NCBI GenBank assembly: GCA_964601485.1
Contig: CAZRNP010000001.1
Span: 1 to 58,707, forward strand
Length of the DNA: 58,707 bases
Direction of reading: 5' to 3'
Origin: an uncultured archaeon
GTDB lineage: Archaea; Aenigmatarchaeota; Aenigmatarchaeia; CG10238-14
The position numbers and the translations under genes were made by a program. This document shows positions 1 to 6,922 of this stretch, in pieces (the stretch's first letter is position 1; the number at the start of each line of letters is the position of its first letter). The notes under the pieces were generated by a model. The model saw only the letters and a program-made list of their open reading frames with translations, had not been told where the DNA came from and searched no databases.

Positions 1-25
1 AAAAATCAATAGTATTTTGATAATT

Positions 26-589
26 ATGTACAGAATATTGACGATCAAAACCAAGATAAAAGTCCCTCCTACACGGTTTGGGATGCCTTTAAAGCAGGCT
101 ATAAAGGAGAGTATAGCAGAAAGATATGAGAATGTGTTAGATAGGAATTTTGGAATGGGGTTATCTGTCGTTAACGTCAGTGAGATAGGCGAAGGCAAGA
201 TAGTGCCTGGTGACCCTTCTATCCATTATTTGGTTACTTTTGACCTGTTGACCTTTAAGCCAGAATTACATGAAATCATCGTAGGTGATGTCATTGACAA
301 CACAGAATTTGGTTCTTTTGTCAGGTTTGGACCGATGGATGGTCTTGTACACGTTTCTCAACTACTGAACGATTACGTAAGCTATGATGATAAGAATGCT
401 GTTTTCATGGGAAAGGAGACAAAAAAGACGTTGAAAGAAGGGGATCCTGTCAGGGTTAGAGTAATATCGATAAGCATGGCTCCTGGAAAAGAGAATAAGA
501 TAGGCTTGACGATGCGACAGCCAAACTTAGGAGCGTTAGCATGGATTGAAGAAGAGAAAAAAAGAACTAGGAAAGAAGGTAAGAAATAG
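26..589 (+). CDS. rpo7: DNA-directed RNA polymerase subunit E' (Rpo7) with C-terminal S1/OB domain
   Basis: ORF 17..589, first ATG at 26. Rpo7-like N-domain followed by an S1 motif (GDVIDNTEFGSFVRFGPMDGLVHVSQL ... GDPVRVRVISI). Confidence 0.85.
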   Translation: MYRILTIKTKIKVPPTRFGMPLKQAIKESIAERYENVLDRNFGMGLSVVNVSEIGEGKIVPGDPSIHYLVTFDLLTFKPELHEIIVGDVIDNTEFGSFVRFGPMDGLVHVSQLLNDYVSYDDKNAVFMGKETKKTLKEGDPVRVRVISISMAPGKENKIGLTMRQPNLGALAWIEEEKKRTRKEGKK

Positions 590-713
590 ATTATCTTTGT
601 AGTATATACATTAGATTGTAAATAATGAAGGTCGGTATGGTACCGATTGACTATTCTCAAAGTCTAAACTACCTTCTTTAATACATTTTAACCTATTAAA
701 GCTTGAGTTCCAA

Positions 714-742
714 TGGAAGTTCGTCTAATAGTAGTTATATTC
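714..742 (+). repeat. Array-proximal junction: homolog of only the right arm (L'-R') of the downstream attC-like sites, ending in core GTTATATTC
   Basis: gaagttcgtctaatagta|GTTATATTC parallels gaacttcgttaaaaaagttcc|GTTAGCC at 4146-4173. GTTATATTC (734-742) is the exact reverse complement of GAATATAAC (1359-1367). I could not find a convincing left arm. Confidence 0.5.
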
Positions 743-1464
743 AATTCAGCAAAACACACTCGGGGATTTTTCACTCGCAGAATTCTCGTCGCTTTGCTCC
801 TCGTGTAGTTATCCGCTTTTAAATCAAACTTAAATCTTTAATTAATATTATATTTTTAGATGATTTAATGAATGGTCATATCTTAATATATTTATTTGAT
901 GTTATAACCAAAGAAGGCGAAAAGAAGCGTATCGAAAATATTGATTTAGATCCTGAAAGACTTGCTTCTCATAGACCCCTAGAACCTGAAGATTTTCCTC
1001 GATTTGGATATCAACAAACAATTGAATCTCAAAATATAAAATTTCGAGAATACTTAAATGAATTGAACAAACACTATGGTAATGGCCCAAGGTATAAATA
1101 TGCTTTAGAATTACTTAATACTGCTACAGCTATAGTTATGACAGCAGCACTACGTGAAACATCAAAAAGTCCAGCGTTTTAGTAATCCATATAGTAACTT
1201 TTCTAAAAACTGGGCTCGTGAAAAATCCCCTCGTTCTTTCCTTCAACTCGTCAAACCGAGTCAAAGTAAAGGTTTTGCTGAACTATTCGCCGATATTATA
1301 TTTTCTTCAAATAGTCGGCTCGTCCTCCTTCGAACAGTGAAAAGAGAACTCAGTCGGAGAATATAACACCTTTTTGACGCTGGAATTCCTGCAGGTTTTC
1401 GGAATTCGGTCTTACGACACATTCTTTTATACTTCGTTAAATAGAACGTCGTCAAAAAAGAACC
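734..1464 (+). mobile_element. Putative gene cassette 1 (731 bp), boundaries +/- a few nt
   Basis: Starts with GTTATATTC and ends with its own attC-like site, whose left core GAATATAAC (1359-1367) is the exact complement. Inner inverted repeat: CTCGGGGATTTTTCACTCGC (759-778) vs GCTCGTGAAAAATCCCCTCG (1214-1233). Confidence 0.6.
868..1182 (+). CDS. Hypothetical protein (104 aa), cassette 1 ORF
   Basis: ATG-initiated ORF downstream of a TATA-like ttttaaat box (about 817-824). I recognise no family. Confidence 0.5.
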   Translation: MNGHILIYLFDVITKEGEKKRIENIDLDPERLASHRPLEPEDFPRFGYQQTIESQNIKFREYLNELNKHYGNGPRYKYALELLNTATAIVMTAALRETSKSPAF

Positions 1465-1471
1465 GTTAGAT
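1361..1471 (+). repeat. attC-like imperfect palindrome 1 (111 bp)
   Basis: ATATAAC-ACCTTTTTGACGC ... CGTCAAAAAAG-AACC-GTTAGAT. The inner boxes are mutually complementary. The central region is homologous to the other three sites (ggtcttacgacacatt...acttcgtta). Confidence 0.65.
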
Positions 1472-1953
1472 GCAATTCCGAGGCTCGCGCAAATAAGAAT
1501 AAATTTTTAAAAATTCGTAGAATATAAAGGTGAAAAAATGGCTTCAGGTCAATGTGGAAATCTTAATGAGTTATTATGGGCGCAATTAAAAACACTATCT
1601 GATACAGGGAATCCAGGAGCAAAATATGCTATGACGCATATGTATCGTGTAGCGTATTTTTATTACGATAATAGGAACTCTAAGTTAAAAAGTGTTGGTT
1701 TAATAAGAGATAAAGATCGAATGTTAGGTGACTGGTCGGATTATATTGAAATTGAGTTCGATTAATAAAAAAATCGGCGCTCGCCACGGAACTCTTCGTT
1801 CTTTCAGAACTCGCTCTCAGTCGTAGTAATGAAATCATATGACTTTGTCTCCTTCGAGGCATCTAACCCCTTTTATACGCTTCAGCCTTCGGCTTCGGTC
1901 TAACGACAAATTAAAATAAACTTCGTTATTATTAATTTCGCATAAAAGGATCC
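1465..1953 (+). mobile_element. Putative gene cassette 2 (489 bp)
   Basis: Left end GTTAGATGCAATTCCGAGGCTCGCGC (1465-1490). Right end GCGCTCGCCACGGAA (1777-1791), a 67-nt insert, then GCATCTAAC (1859-1867), followed by the attC-like site. Confidence 0.65.
1538..1765 (+). CDS. Hypothetical protein (75 aa), cassette 2 ORF
   Basis: ATG preceded by aaaggtga (SD-like) and an atttttaaaaatt TATA-like box. No recognisable family. Confidence 0.5.
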   Translation: MASGQCGNLNELLWAQLKTLSDTGNPGAKYAMTHMYRVAYFYYDNRNSKLKSVGLIRDKDRMLGDWSDYIEIEFD

Positions 1954-1960
1954 GTTGTAC
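1861..1960 (+). repeat. attC-like imperfect palindrome 2 (100 bp)
   Basis: ATCTAAC-CCCTTTTATACGC ... GCATAAAAGG-ATCC-GTTGTAC. It shares a 51-nt stretch with site 3 (1906-1956 vs 2492-2542) with one mismatch. Confidence 0.7.
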
Positions 1961-2539
1961 GCCATATTACTCGATTTTTCGCTCGCCCATCTTCTCGTCG
2001 TTTCACTCCTCGCGTAGTTACCGCGTTCTTAAATAAAGTATTTTAATAGTGAATTTCAAAATTAGATTATGAAGTTGAAAGAATTTTTGAAACCAACTAT
2101 ATGGAAAGTGATAATTTTTATCATCCTTCTAATTTTAACTTCTGTTTTTAATTATGCTACTTACTGCCCTGAATGCACAAGAGCAGCCTATGGTTTTCCA
2201 TTAGCATTGTATGAATTGCCTGGCTGTAAACCTGTTTCTGCAGAAGGATGCCCAGGATATAGAGTAATATATTCTGCCTTGATAGTTGATTTAATATTTT
2301 GGTATTTGGTTTCTTGTCTCATAGTTTGGTTTTACGATAAGCGTAAGAAAAAATCCTAAATTCCAACTCGCGAAAAATCTGCGTTACACCGCTTCATTGC
2401 ATTCGCGCCTCACTTCACTTCGTTTTGTTCGGGGCGTACAACACCTTTTATACGCTTGCGCTCCTCATCCTTGCGGTGCTCGGTGCTTCGCACAAATTAA
2501 AATAAACTTCGTTATTATTAATTTCGTATAAAAGGATCC
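1954..2539 (+). mobile_element. Putative gene cassette 3 (586 bp)
   Basis: Left end GTTGTACGCC (1954-1963) plus CTCGATTTTTCGCTCGCC (1970-1987). Right end ACTCGCGAAAAATC (2366-2379), a 53-nt insert, then GGCGTACAAC (2433-2442). Confidence 0.65.
2069..2359 (+). CDS. Small membrane protein (96 aa), cassette 3 ORF
   Basis: Hydrophobic helices at both ends (WKVIIFIILLILTSVF; LIVDLIFWYLVSCLIVWF) flank a Cys-containing loop. Confidence 0.55.
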   Translation: MKLKEFLKPTIWKVIIFIILLILTSVFNYATYCPECTRAAYGFPLALYELPGCKPVSAEGCPGYRVIYSALIVDLIFWYLVSCLIVWFYDKRKKKS

Positions 2540-2546
2540 GTTAGAT
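2436..2546 (+). repeat. attC-like imperfect palindrome 3 (111 bp)
   Basis: GTACAAC-ACCTTTTATACGC ... CGTATAAAAGG-ATCC-GTTAGAT. The inner boxes form 11 perfect complementary bp. Confidence 0.7.
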
Positions 2547-4166
2547 GCAATTCCGAGGCTCGCGCAATAGGTTTTTTATATTCATAAAGAAAAATAACAA
2601 ATATGAAAGGTCAATCATCTATTGCCATAATAGTTATTCTAATTATCACATCTATTATGGTTGGTGGAACTTATTATGTAACTCAGATGAAGACATCAAC
2701 TACTACAACAACCATAACAACTACAATAATATCAACAATTTCTACCACAAGTAGCAGTACGACAACATCAACAATTTCAACATCTACTACGCTACCACAA
2801 ACTACTACAACAATCGAAATTACGTCTGTTTGTAGTGATGGATTTTGTGAAATTGGAGAAGATCAAATAAACTGTTGCAGGGATTGTGTATGTTCTTATG
2901 GTTCACTATGTGAATATAATATAAAATGTTCTTCTTCCTTAGTTAGGACACTTGCTTCTCTTGATAATCTTTCTTTAGAGGAGAGATTCAAATTATTAAA
3001 TGATATGCATGGATTGCAAAAAATGACATTAAATGATTTTTATTCGTTTCTTGAGTCCAAATTAGAAGACAATAATTATGTATCAGTTGAGTTCGGTGAA
3101 AGTCATAGTTCAGAAAAAGAACAAGAAATAGCAACAAATTTAATTGATTTTATTGCATCAAAACGTTCTATTTATGAATTTGCTATTGAAAGTCACATTG
3201 CTGTGCGTGAAACAGGAGCTAAAGAAACCGTATATACTTATAACATTTCAAATTTTCAATCAACGTTAAATAAATATAACATAAAGATTAGTAATTTAGG
3301 AAATTCAATTTCTAATGATTTATTTTGTAGTGAAATTAAAGGAAAGATACAATCAATGAGAAATAATCTAAATGACGTTTTACTAACATATACAGGACAT
3401 GGACATATCTCGAAAGAAACTTGTTATTATCCAGATATTTGGGATACGTGTTTACCTCCACATATCAAAGAGTGTGTGAGCCAATTAAATAAAAAATCTA
3501 TAGCTATAATATTAGTAGATACGGAACGAATATCTCCAACTATTGATCATAATTTTGTTTTCAAGATGGTAAAAAGTTCCAGTTCTAGTATAGATAATTT
3601 AATTTCAGATTTCATAAACAAATGGAATTCTATAATGAGTAATGAACCCGATGAAACTTATGTAGTAAAATCGAAATACGATGAAGATGTATATTTTGTG
3701 TTAATACCAAATAAAGAAACAAAAGCAAAATTTACAACAGCGTTTAATATAGTCTGGAATAACCAAACACTAAAAGATTATATGATAAATAATGATATAT
3801 TGAAATTTTGTTGTTCTTTTGGTACTAATTGGCAAATTTATGGTTTCGATCCTTCAATTGTTGTAGTTCGAATACATGATCCAAACAACAGTGGAGAAAC
3901 AGTATTAAGTGTTGCCGTTAATATAGATTTAGGAACAATAAAAGAAATTCTTGTACCTAAATTATAAATAACAATCTATAATTCTATAAAAAACCGCGCT
4001 CGCCTCGGAACTCTTCACCTTCGGTTCGCTCTCAGTCGTTGAATTGAAGTCATGTCAATAGCCTCCTTCGAGGCATCTAACACTTTTTTAACGCTTCGCT
4101 GTCGCTCGGTGCTTCGCACAAATTCTTTTTATACTGCGTTAAAAAGAACTTCGTTAAAAAAGTTCC
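2540..4166 (+). mobile_element. Putative gene cassette 4 (1627 bp)
   Basis: The left end, extended 2 nt upstream (2538-2566), is identical over 29 nt to that of cassette 2 (1463-1491). Right end GCGCTCGCCTCGGAA (3996-4010), a 62-nt insert, then GCATCTAAC (4073-4081). Confidence 0.65.
2603..3967 (+). CDS. Membrane-anchored secreted protein (454 aa): TM helix, Thr/Ser-rich stalk, Cys-rich segment, unknown domain; cassette 4 ORF
   Basis: N-terminal helix SSIAIIVILIITSIMVGGTYYV, then a long T/S run, then CSDGFCEIGEDQINCCRDCVC. I do not recognise the rest. Confidence 0.7.
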   Translation: MKGQSSIAIIVILIITSIMVGGTYYVTQMKTSTTTTTITTTIISTISTTSSSTTTSTISTSTTLPQTTTTIEITSVCSDGFCEIGEDQINCCRDCVCSYGSLCEYNIKCSSSLVRTLASLDNLSLEERFKLLNDMHGLQKMTLNDFYSFLESKLEDNNYVSVEFGESHSSEKEQEIATNLIDFIASKRSIYEFAIESHIAVRETGAKETVYTYNISNFQSTLNKYNIKISNLGNSISNDLFCSEIKGKIQSMRNNLNDVLLTYTGHGHISKETCYYPDIWDTCLPPHIKECVSQLNKKSIAIILVDTERISPTIDHNFVFKMVKSSSSSIDNLISDFINKWNSIMSNEPDETYVVKSKYDEDVYFVLIPNKETKAKFTTAFNIVWNNQTLKDYMINNDILKFCCSFGTNWQIYGFDPSIVVVRIHDPNNSGETVLSVAVNIDLGTIKEILVPKL

Positions 4167-4173
4167 GTTAGCC
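4075..4173 (+). repeat. attC-like imperfect palindrome 4 (99 bp)
   Basis: ATCTAAC-ACTTTTTTAACGC ... TCGTTAAAAAAGT-TCC-GTTAGCC. The central ggtgcttcgcacaaatt is shared with site 3. Confidence 0.65.
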
Positions 4174-4760
4174 AAAATTACTGGAGACACAGTCGAAAAT
4201 TTTCACTCGCCACGTAATTATCCAAAATACGTCATTACTAAATAGTTACTACAGAATAGAAAAGTTTAAAAACTTTACTTCATTATTCAATAACAATAAA
4301 ATTTGTGATGTGAATGGCGTACAAAGCAGAACAAGCATATTTATTCGTTACAGAAAATTATCTTAATGAACTTAAACAGTCAATAGATCACCCTTCTCCT
4401 ACTTTAGCGAAAGTATTAGAGAAAGTAGCTGGAAAACCCATATTCAAAGGGTTTGACCCTAAAGTTAAAGCTCAAATTGAAATAATTCCTGGAGTACATT
4501 ATCCAGGATCAGATGCACAGACATTTTGTATAAGAAAATACTTTAAAGGTTTCGGAAAAGAATATTCAGGTAAGAATTGTGTTACATCGGAACTTTTTGA
4601 AGATATAGACTTTTCGACAGCTAGGTCTATAAATATAAAATTATTAAAATTGATGGAAGCTTATTCACAAAATAAAAAACAATAAGTTTCGGCTCGTGAA
4701 AATTTTCTCCTTCTTGATTTCAACTAACTTCGAAAGTCAAAATCAAGGTCTCCAGTAACC
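4167..4760 (+). mobile_element. Putative gene cassette 5 (about 594 bp), last in the array, with no full attC-like site after it
   Basis: Left TTACTGGAGAC (4178-4188) plus GTCGAAAATTTTCACTCGCC (4192-4211). Right GGCTCGTGAAAATTTTC (4691-4707), a 40-nt hairpin insert, then GTCTCCAGTAA (4748-4758). Confidence 0.5.
4314..4685 (+). CDS. Hypothetical protein (123 aa), cassette 5 ORF
   Basis: ATG ORF with no recognisable family. Confidence 0.5.
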   Translation: MAYKAEQAYLFVTENYLNELKQSIDHPSPTLAKVLEKVAGKPIFKGFDPKVKAQIEIIPGVHYPGSDAQTFCIRKYFKGFGKEYSGKNCVTSELFEDIDFSTARSINIKLLKLMEAYSQNKKQ

Positions 4761-4843
4761 TTCGCTCGCATGAACTCGCTCGCCCTTCGGATACATTTGA
4801 TTAAAAAGAAATCATTTTATTCTCAATTTTTCAATAGTAATTC

Positions 4844-5332
4844 ATGAAGAAATTAATCTTATTGACCATTTTTATAACATTCTTAATATCTCTATACACG
4901 ATAAATGCCATTGATTGTACTGGTTCGACTTCATTAGTTTTATCACCAAACCTTGTCGAAGGCGAATCTGAAGTTAAAGCTATTGTAACAGGTTTAACGG
5001 ATACAACATGCTACGGTAAAATTATACAAATAACTCGTGATTCCTGTTCTGGGCCAAAGATTTGCAATTGTGAATCAAAAGGCATGGGTTGTTCTTGTTC
5101 ATTTAAGGCAACATTGCCTTCTATAGGAATCAGGTACTTTCAGAATGAATACAGGTACTATGCTTGCGTGGATAAGAACGGGAACGGGGATTTCTTAGAC
5201 TCTGGAGAACAGGCTTTTACAACGTTAACAGTCCGAAGAAAGGTTCCTTTAATACCATTAGGTGCTATTGAAATGATTAGTCAAACACTTAAAAGCTTTG
5301 CCGAGGCATTTGCTCATCTTTTTAAACTTTAG
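4844..5332 (+). CDS. Secreted Cys-rich hypothetical protein (162 aa)
   Basis: Signal-peptide-like N-terminus (KKLILLTIFITFLISLYTINA) and many Cys. It lies directly upstream of spt4. Confidence 0.6.
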   Translation: MKKLILLTIFITFLISLYTINAIDCTGSTSLVLSPNLVEGESEVKAIVTGLTDTTCYGKIIQITRDSCSGPKICNCESKGMGCSCSFKATLPSIGIRYFQNEYRYYACVDKNGNGDFLDSGEQAFTTLTVRRKVPLIPLGAIEMISQTLKSFAEAFAHLFKL

Positions 5333-5359
5333 TTTGATTAATAATAAGGAAGTGGTATA

Positions 5360-5551
5360 ATGGTTAAGAGACAATATGTTTGCAGGAATTGTAGAAGGTT
5401 CACGATGGAGAAGGAATGCGTTGTTTGTAAGTCAAAAGACCTTTCAGCTAGTTGGAAGGGGTTAGTTATAATAATCGACCCAAATGAATGCGAGATAGCA
5501 AAGAACCTGAGTATAACAACCCCTGGAAAATATGCTTTGTTCGTGGGATGA
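5360..5551 (+). CDS. spt4: Transcription elongation factor Spt4 (RpoE'')
   Basis: Zinc ribbon CRNC...CVVC followed by SWKGLVIIIDPNECEIAKNLSITTPGKYAL, the typical archaeal Spt4 pattern. Confidence 0.85.
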   Translation: MVKRQYVCRNCRRFTMEKECVVCKSKDLSASWKGLVIIIDPNECEIAKNLSITTPGKYALFVG

Positions 5552-5931
5552 AGATGAAAATAGATGTTTTAGAAAAAAAAGAGAACCCGTTCTTGAAGAG
5601 AATTGATTTACTGTTATTAGTAGATCATGATAAACAACCGACCCCAAGGAAGGATGAATTGGCTAAAGCGATAGCAGAAATGTTCAAGTCTGTCCCAGAG
5701 AAAGTTGAGACAATATACATCTTCTCAGAAGTTGGGGCTACAAAAGCGAGAGTTAAAGCAAGGGTTTGGGAAGAGAAACCACCAGAAAAAAAGAAAAAGA
5801 AGAGAGAAGAGAGGTCAAAGGAAGAAAAACCCGTTGAAAAGAAAGAAGAGACTAAACCAGAAGAGAAACCTAAGGAAGAGAAGGCTAAAGAAAAACCAAA
5901 AGAAGAAAAGAAGGAGGGTGAGAAGAAGTGA
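5548..5931 (+). CDS. rps24e: Ribosomal protein eS24 with a Lys/Glu-rich C-terminal extension
   Basis: I take the internal ATG at 5548 (ATGA overlap with the spt4 stop) in ORF 5488..5931. The eS24-like core is [35 protein letters not shown]...; the tail is a KE/KP-rich run. Confidence 0.8.
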   Translation: MKMKIDVLEKKENPFLKRIDLLLLVDHDKQPTPRKDELAKAIAEMFKSVPEKVETIYIFSEVGATKARVKARVWEEKPPEKKKKKREERSKEEKPVEKKEETKPEEKPKEEKAKEKPKEEKKEGEKK

Positions 5932-6098
5932 AACACAAATTAGTCAAACAGTGGGATATACTGAAGGTGGAAGGTAATTCAATAAAAAGATTGAAAAAGG
6001 CATGTCCTAGGTGTGGGGCTGGAACTTACATGGCAGATCATAAAGATCGCTATTTCTGTGGAACTTGTCATATGACTGAATGGAAAAAGAAAGAATAG
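5928..6098 (+). CDS. rps27ae: Ribosomal protein eS31 (S27ae), zinc ribbon
   Basis: Not in the ORF track (GTG start, 56 aa). My translation is [60 protein letters not shown] overlap with the eS24 stop. Confidence 0.75.
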   Translation: MKHKLVKQWDILKVEGNSIKRLKKACPRCGAGTYMADHKDRYFCGTCHMTEWKKKE

Positions 6099-6120
6099 GT
6101 ATCAGCCTTTATTTTTAAAC

Positions 6121-6867
6121 TCACTGAATCGTTAAGCCACCATCGACGACTATACATTCTCCTGTAACATAACTAGATTCTTCAGATGCTAGAAAAACAA
6201 CTAGATTGGCTATATCTTCTGGTAGGCCAAACCTCTTCAAGGGCACTGTTCCTGTAAAACCTTTTCTAGTTTCTTCATCCATTGCCGACGTTGCTCCAGG
6301 TGTATCTATTACCCCAGGTGCGATCGCATTAACGTTTATTTTAAAAGGTGCCAATTCTAATGCTAATGCCTTCGTTAAACCAGCTATACCAGCTTTGGAT
6401 GCACAATAATGAGTTAGGCCAACGTACCCAACCCTCGTACCAGCTATAGAAGCTATGTTTATTATCTTACCGTATTTTTGCTTGGCCATCGTAGGAGTTA
6501 CGGCTTTTGTACAATTGAAAACACCTTTTAGGTTGATGTTCAAGACTTTATCCCAATCATCTTCTTTCATCTCTAAAAAACTTTTAAAAGGAAATATACC
6601 AGCGTTGTTCACTAGTATATCGATTCTACCGAATTTTTTTATTGTTTCTTTAGCCATTTCTTCTGTCTGTTGATTGTTTGAGACATCAGCCTTTATCGCT
6701 AAAGCTTGTGAGCCTAATGCTTCTATCTCTTTGACGACGTCGTTAACCCTTTCTGATATATCAGAAACTACTACTTTTGCCCCTTCTTTTGCTAGGGCTA
6801 ATGCAATACCTTTTCCTATACCTTGGCCTGCACCGGTAACGATTGCAATTTTATTCTTTAATTTCAT
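6121..6867 (-). CDS. Short-chain dehydrogenase/reductase (FabG-like)
   Basis: TGAGQGIGKGIA dinucleotide motif, NNAG, and catalytic YCASK. Confidence 0.85.
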   Translation of the reverse strand: MKLKNKIAIVTGAGQGIGKGIALALAKEGAKVVVSDISERVNDVVKEIEALGSQALAIKADVSNNQQTEEMAKETIKKFGRIDILVNNAGIFPFKSFLEMKEDDWDKVLNINLKGVFNCTKAVTPTMAKQKYGKIINIASIAGTRVGYVGLTHYCASKAGIAGLTKALALELAPFKINVNAIAPGVIDTPGATSAMDEETRKGFTGTVPLKRFGLPEDIANLVVFLASEESSYVTGECIVVDGGLTIQ

Positions 6868-6922
6868 GTTTTAATTATTAGGAGTTAATATTAAAGTATT
6901 ATAGACTTTTGAGGCTGACTAT

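Noticed and set aside
382-660. Numerous other short antisense or nested ORFs in the track. Examples: 382..660, 6206..6874, 7459..7803, 8089..8450, 10451..10714, 13489..13725, 15448..15744, 33426..34008, 39258..45028 internal ORFs, 48582..48890, 55097..56431.
   Set aside because: Each is fully embedded in, or antisense to, a longer ORF with clear family motifs. None has independent support.
1154-1862. Tracked ORFs 1154..1366, 1261..1455 and 1680..1862.
   Set aside because: They lie entirely within the repeat, palindrome and inter-cassette sequence on either strand, have no start context, and overlap each other. I treat them as noncoding.
1381-2524. The GC-rich hairpin-like centres of the repeats could be split-tRNA halves or small structured RNA genes.
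   Set aside because: They have no acceptor or T-loop (GTTCRAAT) features and no promoter-like box in front. They are always embedded between the palindrome arms.
2545-2754. The 69-aa Asn/Tyr-rich ORF overlapping the start of 2603..3967.
   Set aside because: It is an alternative frame of the Thr-rich region and it begins inside the cassette-end repeat.
1361-4173. Regularly recurring GC-richer repeats could have been a CRISPR array.
   Set aside because: The repeats are about 100-111 bp imperfect palindromes that differ from one another. The units between them are 0.4-1.5 kb and contain ORFs with promoters, and there are no cas genes. This does not match CRISPR repeat-spacer geometry.
5625-5977. 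ORFs 5625..5936 (-) and 5705..5977 (+), both highly charged or low-complexity.
   Set aside because: They are alternative-frame and antisense readings of the Lys/Glu-rich tail of eS24. The real downstream gene is the GTG-initiated eS31 at 5928.
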